Below, piece by piece: positions 46,871 through 56,227 of a stretch of 58,222 nucleotides of DNA (positions are counted from its first letter, which is position 1; each line of letters opens with the position of its first letter). The notes beneath the pieces are model-generated. The model ran no database searches and was not told where the DNA came from. It worked only from the letters and a program-made list of their open reading frames with translations. A program made the position numbers and the translations under genes. Where the stretch lies: contig CBDVDH010000018.1 in assembly GCA_965372715.1 (NCBI GenBank), positions 1 through 58,222 on the forward strand, read 5' to 3'. This stretch comes from an uncultured bacterium (GTDB lineage: Bacteria; B130-G9).

Positions 46871-48520
46871 ATGAGCATGTTCTGCTACCAGTGTGAACAG
46901 ACAGCGAAGGGGTCGGGATGCACTGTCGCAGGCGTCTGCGGCAAGGATGCCACGACCGCGACGCTTCAGGACCTTTTGCTCCACGCGACGAAGGGCATAT
47001 CCATGTTCGCCCACCGCGCGAGGGAGCTCGGCGTCAAAGACCACGAGATCGACGTCTTCGTGGTTCAGGCGCTTTTCACAACCATCACGAACGTCAATTT
47101 CGACCCCGAACGGCTTCAAGAGCTCATAATGAAGGCCTCGGAGCTTCGCGACAAGGCCAAAGGCCTCTATGAGGCTGCGTGTGCCCAGGCAGGCAAGGTG
47201 CCTGAGAAGCTGGGCGGCCCGGCGGACTGGGTTCCCGCGAGCGACGTTGAGGGTCTCGTTAAGCAAGGCGATGAGGTCTCGATCTCGAAGGAGAAGGCAA
47301 GATATGGAGACGACATAGCCGGCCTTATGGAGCTCTACCTATACGGCCTCAAAGGCGCAGCAGCCTACGCCGACCACGCGCAGATACTGGGCGTCGAGAG
47401 CGATGAGGTCTATGCGGCGTTTCACGAGGCGCTGGATTTCCTGAGTAAGCAGTCATTCACGGTTGAGAAGCTTCTCGGCAGATGCCTGGCCGCGGGAGAG
47501 CTCAACTTGACAGTAATGGAGCTTCTGGACAAGGCCAACACCGGTGTTTATGGCCATCCGGAGCCGACGAGCGTCCGTGTAACCCCCCTCAAGGGTAAGG
47601 CAATCGTCGTATCGGGCCACGACCTGAAGGACCTGGAGGAGCTCCTCAAGCAGACCGAGGGCAAGGGCGTCAACGTCTATACGCACGGCGAGATGCTACC
47701 CGCGCTGGCCTATCCGGGCCTCAAAGGATACAAGCGCCTCGTCGGCAACTACGGCGGCGCGTGGCAGGAGCAGGTGAGGGAGTTCGCCGCGTTCCCAGGC
47801 GCGATCCTGATGACGACCAACTGCATCCAGAAGCCGCGCGACAGCTACAAGGACCGCATATTCACGTGCGGCCTCGTCGCCTGGCCGGGCGTTAGGCACA
47901 TCTCCGACCGCGATTTCACGCCCGTGATTGAGGCGGCGCTTGCGGCGCCCGGATTTGCTGAGGATGCGCCTGAAAAGACGATCACGATCGGCTTCGGACA
48001 CAAGGCCGTCATGAACGTGGCTGGCGCCGTGATCGATGCGGTCAAGGCGGGCAAGATACGCCACTTCTTCCTCATCGGCGGCTGCGACGGGGCAAAGCCC
48101 GGACGCAACTACTATACGGAGCTCGCAAAGGCCGTGCCCGACGACTGCGTCATCCTGACGCTCGCCTGCGGCAAATACCGGTTTAATAAGCTCGAGTTCG
48201 GCGACATCGGAGGCATCCCGCGCCTCCTCGACATCGGTCAGTGCAACGATGCGCACTCGGCCATTCAGATAGCCGTCGCGCTCGCCAAAGCGTTTGACTG
48301 CGGCGTCAACGACCTGCCGCTTTCCATGGTCCTCTCGTGGTACGAGCAGAAGGCGGTCTCGATACTCCTGTCGCTTCTGCACCTCGGCATCAAGGACATC
48401 CGCCTCGGACCCACGCTCCCCGCGTTCGTAACGCCAGCCGCGCTGAACGTCCTGGTGGACAAGTTCAATATCATGCCGATCACCACGCCCGAGGCTGACC
48501 TGAAGGCCATCCTGGGCTAA
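46871..48520 (+). CDS. hcp: Hybrid cluster protein (hydroxylamine/NO reductase)
   Basis: MFCYQCEQT...GC...[48 protein letters not shown]. Confidence 0.97.
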   Translation: MSMFCYQCEQTAKGSGCTVAGVCGKDATTATLQDLLLHATKGISMFAHRARELGVKDHEIDVFVVQALFTTITNVNFDPERLQELIMKASELRDKAKGLYEAACAQAGKVPEKLGGPADWVPASDVEGLVKQGDEVSISKEKARYGDDIAGLMELYLYGLKGAAAYADHAQILGVESDEVYAAFHEALDFLSKQSFTVEKLLGRCLAAGELNLTVMELLDKANTGVYGHPEPTSVRVTPLKGKAIVVSGHDLKDLEELLKQTEGKGVNVYTHGEMLPALAYPGLKGYKRLVGNYGGAWQEQVREFAAFPGAILMTTNCIQKPRDSYKDRIFTCGLVAWPGVRHISDRDFTPVIEAALAAPGFAEDAPEKTITIGFGHKAVMNVAGAVIDAVKAGKIRHFFLIGGCDGAKPGRNYYTELAKAVPDDCVILTLACGKYRFNKLEFGDIGGIPRLLDIGQCNDAHSAIQIAVALAKAFDCGVNDLPLSMVLSWYEQKAVSILLSLLHLGIKDIRLGPTLPAFVTPAALNVLVDKFNIMPITTPEADLKAILG

Positions 48521-48684
48521 TCGCGGAAGTAATAAACTGTGGGGGGATAATTCGCCGCCCGGCACCCCCCACACCTCTTGCTGCCGGAGCGCCTCCACCG
48601 AGGCGACCAGCTAGTTCGACAGAAAGAGGATGAGTGCGGAGCTTCTCCGCTCGAGCGCATTGCATGCCCCGGCGGCTGTTATGC

Positions 48685-49086
48685 TCAGGGTCTTCTGCGC
48701 TTTGTCCTGCTTCCATTAACCACGCAATCACCGGGTGTGCCTCGGCTGCCGTATCCGATGGGCCATGGCATATCTACACTTTTGAGAATCCAATGCCCGA
48801 TCAAGCCTGTGGCGAACATATACAAGGTCGTTCGCAGGATATCTCGCCAGTCCCGAAGTTCGACGCCTCTCCAGAATGCGCACTCAAAAGGGCTTAAACC
48901 GTCAGGCCATTTCATTCCTATAGAAATGAGAAGGAGGGCTGCAGAGGCCCAAATAATGACCCGGACGAGTCTCCGGCGCCTCCTTAGCAGATACAGGATG
49001 AGCCACAAGACCCCCAACACGGAAAAACCGACGAACGGTAACCACCAAGCGTCTGCCATATCCATCTCAGACCATCCCGGAATCAA
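48685..49086 (-). CDS. Possible small membrane protein
   Basis: Trp-rich hydrophobic segments separated by an RRRRR stretch; start uncertain; no family recognised. Confidence 0.35.
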   Translation of the reverse strand: MIPGWSEMDMADAWWLPFVGFSVLGVLWLILYLLRRRRRLVRVIIWASAALLLISIGMKWPDGLSPFECAFWRGVELRDWRDILRTTLYMFATGLIGHWILKSVDMPWPIGYGSRGTPGDCVVNGSRTKRRRP

Positions 49087-49307
49087 TCATGGATAATGTC
49101 TCTCATACCTCATCGCATGTGATTAGAGCGAGTTTTCATATCGAGACTTCACTCATTCTCCCAGAAGAGGAAGATATGTCAAACGTGCTTCTGGCTTGAC
49201 AACCGACATTGCAGCACAGGCTCACTTCACAGCTGGCTCGCATTTTGCGCATGTGCTGCCAACCAAACAGAATCAGACTAAGACAACTGCTGCCGAATCC
49301 CTTCGGG

Positions 49308-49349
49308 CCCAATTCCCTTTTCTCCTTTTGCCCCCGTTTCCCCATTGGG
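49308..49349 (-). repeat. Purine-rich degenerate tandem repeat related to 270-311
   Basis: Reverse complement reads CCCAATGGGGAAACGGGGGCAAAAGGAGAAAAGGGAATTGGG. Confidence 0.4.
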
Positions 49350-49439
49350 AGAACTCCTCCCCTCCGCACGGTTGACAATACGCATTCATCTGCGCTAAGT
49401 TAGTCGTCGGCTTTTGAAATGCACTGTAAGGGGAGATAG

Positions 49440-49700
49440 ATGGGTAAGTTTGAAGACTCGATGACGCGGCTCGAGGAGATAGTCAGCCAGATGGAATCTG
49501 GCGACCAGCCTCTTGAGGACACGTTGCGCCTCTTCAAGGAGGGGATGAGGCTCTCTGAGTATTGCTCGGGGGCACTCACGGAGGCGCAGCGGAAGGTGGA
49601 GGTATTGGTTAAGAGGGCCGACGGCACGTATGACAAGGAGCCGCTAGATGAGGGCGAAGAGCCTGAGGAGCAGGGCTCGGTCGAGGAGGGGCCTCAATAG
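49440..49700 (+). CDS. xseB: Exodeoxyribonuclease VII small subunit
   Basis: FEDSMTRLEEIV..ME.G..PLE..L..FKEGM.L...C...L..A..KVE; context upstream of ispA-dxs. Confidence 0.95.
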   Translation: MGKFEDSMTRLEEIVSQMESGDQPLEDTLRLFKEGMRLSEYCSGALTEAQRKVEVLVKRADGTYDKEPLDEGEEPEEQGSVEEGPQ

Positions 49701-49778
49701 CGGACGGCCCTGCCGGAAGCGATGCGCGCCGCAGGCCCTGTGCGACGCCGCCGGGCTGATAAACGATAAGTAACGGCT

Positions 49779-50666
49779 ATGGATATCCAATCGTATCTTT
49801 CCGAGACAAAGCAAAGAGTTGACGGCTGGCTGAGCAAATGCTTGCCGGAACCGGAAGGGCTTTCGCGGACACTGTTCGACGCGATTCGATACAGCCTTCT
49901 GAGTGGTGGGAAGCGGCTTCGGCCGATTCTTCTGGTCTCGACGGCCGAGCTTCTCTCAAACGGAGATAAGCCGCTGATTCGCGATTTTGCGTGCGCGATC
50001 GAGTGTATTCATACGTATTCTTTGATTCACGACGATCTTCCGGCGATGGACGACGATGACCTCAGACGGGGCCGTCCCACGTGCCATATACAGTTCTCTG
50101 AGGATATAGCAATTCTCGCCGGCGACGCGCTTCTGACGCTGGCGTTCGAGCTGATGTCAAGACCGACTGCGCCGGAGAACGCAGCACGCCAGATGCGAGC
50201 GCTCAACGAGGTCGCCGTCAAATCAGGCTGCCTGGGCATGGTCGGGGGTCAGACTGCGGACGTTTTGTCGGAAAACACCGATGGCAGCGAAGAGCTGGTG
50301 CGGTTCATCCATTCCCGAAAGACGGCGGCACTCATCTCGGCGCCTATAACAGCAGGCGCGATACTTGCCGGCGCCTCAAACAGCGAGCTCGAAGCATTGT
50401 CCAGATTTGGCCAGAGAATTGGTCTGGCGTTTCAGATCGCTGACGATCTCTTAGAGATGGAGGGCGATACTGGAACGCTTGGCAAGAGCGTTGGCAGCGA
50501 CGTGAAGAACAACAAGGTTACGTATCCGGGCGTCGTTGGCAGAGACAGCGCGCGGTTAGACGCGCAGAGATATGTTGACGAGGCGCTCTCGTATCTCGTG
50601 CCGTTTGGGCAAAAGGCTGTGGTCTTGAACGACATCGCCAAGTTCTTTATAAGTCGCGTGAACTAG
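49779..50666 (+). CDS. ispA: Farnesyl/geranylgeranyl diphosphate synthase
   Basis: GGKRLRP, HTYSLIHDDLPAMDDDDLRRGRPT, GMVGGQ, KTAAL, FQIADD. Confidence 0.95.
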   Translation: MDIQSYLSETKQRVDGWLSKCLPEPEGLSRTLFDAIRYSLLSGGKRLRPILLVSTAELLSNGDKPLIRDFACAIECIHTYSLIHDDLPAMDDDDLRRGRPTCHIQFSEDIAILAGDALLTLAFELMSRPTAPENAARQMRALNEVAVKSGCLGMVGGQTADVLSENTDGSEELVRFIHSRKTAALISAPITAGAILAGASNSELEALSRFGQRIGLAFQIADDLLEMEGDTGTLGKSVGSDVKNNKVTYPGVVGRDSARLDAQRYVDEALSYLVPFGQKAVVLNDIAKFFISRVN

Positions 50667-50698
50667 CCGCGCATAAGGAGCGATACAGGGGCCAGGAC

Positions 50699-52630
50699 AT
50701 GGTACTCGATAATGATTACAGCAGGTTCAAGTTCTTAGGAAAGGTCAACAGTCCCCGGGATCTGAAGAATCTCGAGCTCAAGGACCTGAAGCAGCTCTGT
50801 GAGGAGGCGCGGGAGCGGATCATCGAGGTTGTTGCGGAGAACGGCGGTCATCTATCATCCAATCTTGGAGTGGTCGAGCTCACGGTCGCGCTTCACTACG
50901 TATTCAACACACCTCGGGACAAGCTAGTGTGGGATGTTGGCCATCAGACCTACACCCACAAGCTACTGACGGGTCGCGCCAAGGATTTCCACACGCTGAG
51001 ACAGGCGGGCGGTCTGAGCGGGTTCCCGAAGCGCGATGAAAGCGAGTTTGACGTTTTCGACGTCGGTCACAGCAGCACGTCTATCTCTGCCGCAGTCGGC
51101 TTTTGTGAGGCGCGTGACCTCAAAAAAGAGCACTACAAGGTAATAGCGGTCATCGGCGACGGTTCTATGACGGCCGGCGTCGCGTTTGAGGGGCTGAATC
51201 AGGCTGGTCACCTTCACAAAGACCTGATCGTGGTTCTGAACGACAACGAGATGTCGATATCGAAGAACATTGGAGCGCTATCCAAGTATCTCAACAACAT
51301 CATTACCGGGTCGTTGTACACCAGCGTGAAAGAGAAGGTGTATAACTTCGCCAAGTCGTTCCAGGACATGGGTGAACAGGCGATAAAAATCTCGCGGCGC
51401 ATCGAGGAGGGTCTCAAGAGCCTGATCGTTCCCGGCGTTCTGTTTGAGGAGCTAGGGATGCAATATGTCGGTCCTGTTAAGGGCAACGACCTGCGCACTC
51501 TTATCGATACGTTTGACCGGATAAAGAACTGGAGGTTTCCGGCCCTGGTTCACGTCGTAACCAAGAAAGGCAAGGGCTATGTCCCTGCCGAACTCAGGCC
51601 GGCCGAGTTCCACAGCGCTCCGAGGTTCGACATAAAGACCGGCGAGCCAAAGACGCCGGGCAAACGGAGTTACACCTCCGTGTTCGGTGACGCTATGCTC
51701 AAACTCGCCGAAGAGGACAAGCGCATCATAGCGATAACGGCTGCGATGCCGCTGGGGACCGGTCTTGACAAGTTCGAGGAGCGATTCCCGAAACGGTTCT
51801 ACGACGTCGGCATCGCGGAACAGCATTCTCTGATCTTCGCGGGGGCCCTTGGGCTTTCGGGCTTCAAGCCAGTAACCGCGATCTATTCCACGTTCATTCA
51901 GAGGGCGTTCGATCAGATACTCCACGATGTCTGCTTACAGAAGGCGGACGTCGTGCTCGCGCTGGACCGAGCGGGCATCGTTGGGGACGATGGGCCAACG
52001 CACAATGGAACGCTTGACTTGTCGTTCCTTCGCTCGATGCCAAACATGGTCATAATGGCCCCGAAGGACGAGAACGAGCTTCAACACATGCTGAAGACGG
52101 CTATTGCCGTTGAGGGCCCCGCCGCGCTGCGATACCCACGTGGTCAGGCGATAGGCGTCCCGCTTGATGAAGAGCTGAAGACGCTCGATGTCGGCAAGGC
52201 AGAGTTGCTAAGAAAAGGCTCGGACGTGGCCATTTTCGCGATTGGCGCAATGGTCTATCCCGCGCTTGAGGCGGCAGAGGTTCTATCGAAGGACAAAGGC
52301 ATAGACGCAGCCGTCATAAATGCAAGGTTTGCCAAGCCGATAGACGTCGAGATGCTCTCTTTGTGGGCCAAAAAGACCGGTCATATAGTCACAGTTGAGG
52401 AAAACGCTCTCGCGGGGGGCTTTGGGTCCGCTGTGCTCGACGCGCTGAGCGACAACGGAATTCATAACGTGGCCGTCAAGCGCCTGGGGATAGGTGATTT
52501 CTTCGTAGAACATGGGTCGGCGCCTGCTATCCGCGCTGAGCTTGGGCTAGACGCGGCAGGCATAACCAACGCGACTGCGGAGTTTCTCGAAAGCTCACTC
52601 ACCGAATCCGATGAAGAAGCGAGTGGATAG
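50699..52630 (+). CDS. dxs: 1-deoxy-D-xylulose-5-phosphate synthase
   Basis: GGHLSSNLGVVELT, WDVGHQ, GHSSTSIS, GDGS..G...E, LNDNEMSIS, GIAEQH, DRAG.VG.DGPTH, RYPRG. Confidence 0.98.
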   Translation: MVLDNDYSRFKFLGKVNSPRDLKNLELKDLKQLCEEARERIIEVVAENGGHLSSNLGVVELTVALHYVFNTPRDKLVWDVGHQTYTHKLLTGRAKDFHTLRQAGGLSGFPKRDESEFDVFDVGHSSTSISAAVGFCEARDLKKEHYKVIAVIGDGSMTAGVAFEGLNQAGHLHKDLIVVLNDNEMSISKNIGALSKYLNNIITGSLYTSVKEKVYNFAKSFQDMGEQAIKISRRIEEGLKSLIVPGVLFEELGMQYVGPVKGNDLRTLIDTFDRIKNWRFPALVHVVTKKGKGYVPAELRPAEFHSAPRFDIKTGEPKTPGKRSYTSVFGDAMLKLAEEDKRIIAITAAMPLGTGLDKFEERFPKRFYDVGIAEQHSLIFAGALGLSGFKPVTAIYSTFIQRAFDQILHDVCLQKADVVLALDRAGIVGDDGPTHNGTLDLSFLRSMPNMVIMAPKDENELQHMLKTAIAVEGPAALRYPRGQAIGVPLDEELKTLDVGKAELLRKGSDVAIFAIGAMVYPALEAAEVLSKDKGIDAAVINARFAKPIDVEMLSLWAKKTGHIVTVEENALAGGFGSAVLDALSDNGIHNVAVKRLGIGDFFVEHGSAPAIRAELGLDAAGITNATAEFLESSLTESDEEASG

Positions 52631-53432
52631 GCTCATTGTCGAGCGCGGGCTTGCGGAGAGCCGGCAGAAAGCAGTTGCCCTTCTAATGGCCGGTCTTGTA
52701 TCCATCGACGGCACGAGAGTCTCAAAGCCCGGAACGCAGGTGCCAATCGATTCCGAGATAAGCGTCCGGCAGCCTGCCTACGATTTCGTAAGCCGTTCAG
52801 GAGAGAAGCTGAGAGCCGCAATCGACCGATTCGAGATCGATGTTTTGGGCAAGGTATGCATTGACATCGGAGCATCGACTGGAGGATTCACACAATGCCT
52901 GCTCGAGCGAGGCGCAAGGCTGGTATATGCGGTCGATGTTGGGTATGGCCAGCTTGCATACGAGCTGAGGACCCGCCCGGACGTTGTGCTTCTGGAGCGG
53001 ACGAACATCCGGTACCTCGATGGCAGCCGCCTCGAGAGCACGCCCGATTTCGCCACGATCGATGTCTCGTTCATCTCACTTCGGCTTGTGTTGCCGAAGG
53101 CCTATGAGCTACTATCCGACGCCGGTGAAGTGGTTGCCTTGATAAAGCCCCAGTTCGAGGTGGGCAGGGGCCAGGTGGGCAAGGGCGGCATCGTTCGGGA
53201 GGCCGACCTTCATCGATGCGTGCTTCGTGAGATACTCGGTTTCTCCTGCCAACTGCGGCTCGTGCCCGTCGGAGTCATGCCGTCACCGCTTCTTGGCCAA
53301 AAGGGCAACCAAGAATACCTGATGTTGGCTCGAAAGCAGGGAAGCGACACCAAAACCGACTTCTCGGAGGAGATTGAGAATGCCATTCGGCAAGCGGCGC
53401 AGCCAGGGAGCGAATCATGTTCAAGACAATAG
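52611..53432 (+). CDS. tlyA: TlyA-family rRNA methyltransferase
   Basis: S4 domain, FVSRSGEKL, DIGASTGGFT, VDVGYGQL, DVSFISL, LIKPQFE, GNQEYL. Confidence 0.95.
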   Translation: MKKRVDRLIVERGLAESRQKAVALLMAGLVSIDGTRVSKPGTQVPIDSEISVRQPAYDFVSRSGEKLRAAIDRFEIDVLGKVCIDIGASTGGFTQCLLERGARLVYAVDVGYGQLAYELRTRPDVVLLERTNIRYLDGSRLESTPDFATIDVSFISLRLVLPKAYELLSDAGEVVALIKPQFEVGRGQVGKGGIVREADLHRCVLREILGFSCQLRLVPVGVMPSPLLGQKGNQEYLMLARKQGSDTKTDFSEEIENAIRQAAQPGSESCSRQ

Positions 53433-54286
53433 CGATTGCCGCTAAGCCGCACGCCCACAACATCGTTCGTGTCTTGAATGAAACGTGCGAGTGGCTCCTG
53501 AGAAAGGGCCTCAATGTGCGAGTAGATGAGCAGGTCGCGCACATGGTCTCATCGGCCGTGGAGGGGATGCCCAGGGAGCAGGTCCTCAACGGCGCCGACA
53601 TGGTCATCGTGTTCGGCGGGGACGGTACCTTGATAAGCGTGGCCAGGATAGCCCCAGAGCTCTCGGTCCCGATTCTTGGGGTCAACGTCGGCGGTTTGGG
53701 CTTCTTGACCGAGCTTACGCTCGAGAAGCTGTTCAGTTCGCTCTCGGAGATACTCGACGGCAAGTTCGTGCTTGAGGAACGGATAGCCATTCGCGCACGG
53801 GTGTCGGGCGCAGAGCGAAAGCCGAAGACATTTTTCGCCGTCAATGATTTCGTGATCAACAAATCAGCAATAGCGAGGATGATCGACATCAGGACCTACG
53901 TTGACGACTCGTTCGTAGCCAAATACCGGGGTGATGGCCTCATAATCTCCACCCCGACGGGTTCCACAGCATATTCTCTCGCAGCGGGCGGGCCCATAAT
54001 TCAACCGACTACAAACGTCCTAGTCCTTTCACCTATATGTCCACACACGCTTACGAATCGGCCCATCGTTGTCCCGGACAGCGTAGTCATCAAGACTCAA
54101 CTGCTCAGCAAAGGCCAGGAGGTCACACTAACCATCGACGGCCAGGAAGCGGTCCCTCTGTTCGACGGCGATGAGATACTCGTCTTCAAGGCGATGGAGA
54201 AGCTCAGGCTGGTCCAGAGCCTCAAGAGCAATTACTACTCGATACTCCGCAAGAAGTTCTCGTGGGGAAAGAACCTTGGGCAGTAG
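53417..54286 (+). CDS. nadK: NAD kinase
   Basis: GGDGT, GVNVGGLGFL, AVND, DGLIISTPTGSTAYSLAAGGP, PICPHTL, DGQ. Confidence 0.97.
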   Translation: MFKTIAIAAKPHAHNIVRVLNETCEWLLRKGLNVRVDEQVAHMVSSAVEGMPREQVLNGADMVIVFGGDGTLISVARIAPELSVPILGVNVGGLGFLTELTLEKLFSSLSEILDGKFVLEERIAIRARVSGAERKPKTFFAVNDFVINKSAIARMIDIRTYVDDSFVAKYRGDGLIISTPTGSTAYSLAAGGPIIQPTTNVLVLSPICPHTLTNRPIVVPDSVVIKTQLLSKGQEVTLTIDGQEAVPLFDGDEILVFKAMEKLRLVQSLKSNYYSILRKKFSWGKNLGQ

Positions 54287-56213
54287 TAAGCGTTCTACGG
54301 CCGAGAAAGACGCGATCTCAATTATATACCCGACCGAGGGCGAGACAATAATCGGTCGGAACGTTGAACTGGTCGGCTGGGTGCGAGGAGCGCCCAGAGG
54401 GGCCGGCCAGGCTCGACTGGCTTTTGGAATCAATGGCCGGCTGCACTCATCATTGAGCGTTCTGCCGCAGGCGCGCTCGCCGTTCAAGCAGCAGCTCCCT
54501 CTTGAGGAAGGCAAGAACGAGATACTCCTTGAGCTTATGCTTGGCGTGAGACTGGTTGACCAGAAGAAGGTTACCGTAGATGCCGTGCCGGACCAAGAGC
54601 CCATCTCATACGAGTCGCTTTACAGGAACAGCTGGGCGCTCTTAATAGGCATAGACAACAGCCCCGCCGCTCAGCCCCTCAAATACGCCGTCAAGGATGC
54701 GAAGTCCCTGGAGCAATTCCTTAGGACCAAGACCTTCTTCGACGAAGACAGGACATTTACACTTCACAATCAACAGGCGACAAAGAAGCGCATCTTGGAG
54801 CTGATGAACGATTTCATGGGCGCGAATCCGGCTCTCACCTCAGATGACCGCGTGCTTATCTTCTTTGCGGGCCACGGCCAAAGACGGAGGGTGCAAAAGG
54901 GTAAGAGAAAGAGCGACTACCGAGGCTACCTGGTTCCCTATGACGGCAACCTTCAGAAAATCCACAGCACCTGCATATCGATGGAGGAGATTAAGGAGGC
55001 CGCAAGCGTAATATGTGCCAAACACACTCTGTTTATACTCGATTGCTGCTTCAGCGGTCTTGCGGGTTTGCGCCCGCGGGCGGCGATCGCGCCGAGGCCA
55101 AAGCTCAAGACCCTGAACGACCCTTGTGTGAGAATCATAGCCGCGGGCAAATCGGACGAGGAGGTATTTGAGGGCAAGGAGAGCTGGGGTGGCAACAGCC
55201 TGTTCAGCAGGTATTTGCTCAAAGGATTAGAAGGCTTCGCCGATCATGACAACGATGGCATCATAACTTCTGACGATCTGTTCTTCTTCGTTCGAGACCG
55301 TGTAGCTGAGGAATCCGGCAACCGCCAAACGCCTCAGGCGCGACATTTTGTGGAGTACGGCGAGGGCCAATTTGTGTTCTTCGTTCGAGACCATAAGCAG
55401 ACGAGCGAGAAAAAAAATGTGCCCACGGTTGAGCTAGCTGAAGAACACGCGGACGCGACGGACTCGCGCGAGCCAATCCAGACTTGCCCAGCAAGAGCAG
55501 CCATCGCTTCACTGGACACAATCACAATTCCCGGCGGTGAGTTCCGGATGGGCTCAACCGATGCCGCCGACGAATCGCCGATTCACGCGGTGAACCTGAC
55601 GGCCTTCGAGATTGACATCTCCCCTGTTACTAACAGGATGTATTGGGAGTTTTTGGAAGCTACAGGCTATGATGGTCGGGTCGAGGCCGACGACAATTAC
55701 CTGGCGGATTGGTCGTCCGGCGGCTATCCGCCCGGTCAGGAGGGTTATCCGGTTACCTGCATTTCGTGGTTCAATGCGGCGGCATATTGCCTTTGGCGGG
55801 GTTGCCAGCTCCCGACCGAGGCGCAGTGGGAGATGGCGTGCAGGGGCGGCCTCAGCGGCAAGAGATTCCCCTGGGGCGACGCGCTGCCCGATGAGCTCGT
55901 GAAAAGGTCTAAGTCAGGCCGACGCAAGACGCTCGTGGGTCAACTGCCTCCAAATGGCTTTGGGCTTCTCGACATCTACGGCAACGTCTCCCAATGGTGT
56001 CGCGACTTCTACGACAGGGACTACTACTCAACAGGCCCAAGTCTCAATCCCGGTGGGCCGCAAAGCGGCAAGCTGCGAGTTGTGCGAGGTGGGTCTTTTC
56101 TCGCCGGACCGGGGCTGCTCCGATGCGCCGCACGGTTTGCTGCGGACCCCAAGACGACGAGCCGAACCATCGGCTTCAGATGTGTCAAGTGCAAAGATGA
56201 CCGGGTTCAATAG
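54276..56213 (+). CDS. Caspase-like (peptidase C14) domain plus FGE/SUMF1-type domain protein with N-terminal Ig-like segment
   Basis: Probable TTG start 54276 overlapping the nadK end (ORF is open from 54171); WALLIGID, FFAGHG, ILDCCFSG, QTPQ; then IPGGEFRMGS, VTN, LPTEAQWE.ACRGG, PNGFGL.D..GNV..WC.D, RVVRGGS, IGFRC. Confidence 0.85.
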   Translation: MGSSKRSTAEKDAISIIYPTEGETIIGRNVELVGWVRGAPRGAGQARLAFGINGRLHSSLSVLPQARSPFKQQLPLEEGKNEILLELMLGVRLVDQKKVTVDAVPDQEPISYESLYRNSWALLIGIDNSPAAQPLKYAVKDAKSLEQFLRTKTFFDEDRTFTLHNQQATKKRILELMNDFMGANPALTSDDRVLIFFAGHGQRRRVQKGKRKSDYRGYLVPYDGNLQKIHSTCISMEEIKEAASVICAKHTLFILDCCFSGLAGLRPRAAIAPRPKLKTLNDPCVRIIAAGKSDEEVFEGKESWGGNSLFSRYLLKGLEGFADHDNDGIITSDDLFFFVRDRVAEESGNRQTPQARHFVEYGEGQFVFFVRDHKQTSEKKNVPTVELAEEHADATDSREPIQTCPARAAIASLDTITIPGGEFRMGSTDAADESPIHAVNLTAFEIDISPVTNRMYWEFLEATGYDGRVEADDNYLADWSSGGYPPGQEGYPVTCISWFNAAAYCLWRGCQLPTEAQWEMACRGGLSGKRFPWGDALPDELVKRSKSGRRKTLVGQLPPNGFGLLDIYGNVSQWCRDFYDRDYYSTGPSLNPGGPQSGKLRVVRGGSFLAGPGLLRCAARFAADPKTTSRTIGFRCVKCKDDRVQ

Positions 56214-56227
56214 AGATTAGACAGTAG

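Noticed and set aside
54171-54275. Long overlap of the caspase gene with nadK
   Set aside because: The extension is Ser/Arg-rich off-frame sequence; TTG 54276 after GGGGA is a more plausible start.
55990-56213. Diversity-generating retroelement targeting the FGE-domain C-terminus
   Set aside because: No reverse transcriptase and no template-repeat copy seen in the window; a remote DGR cannot be excluded.
56214-56227. SAM riboswitch before the methionine-cycle gene
   Set aside because: Only 14 nt of intergenic space.
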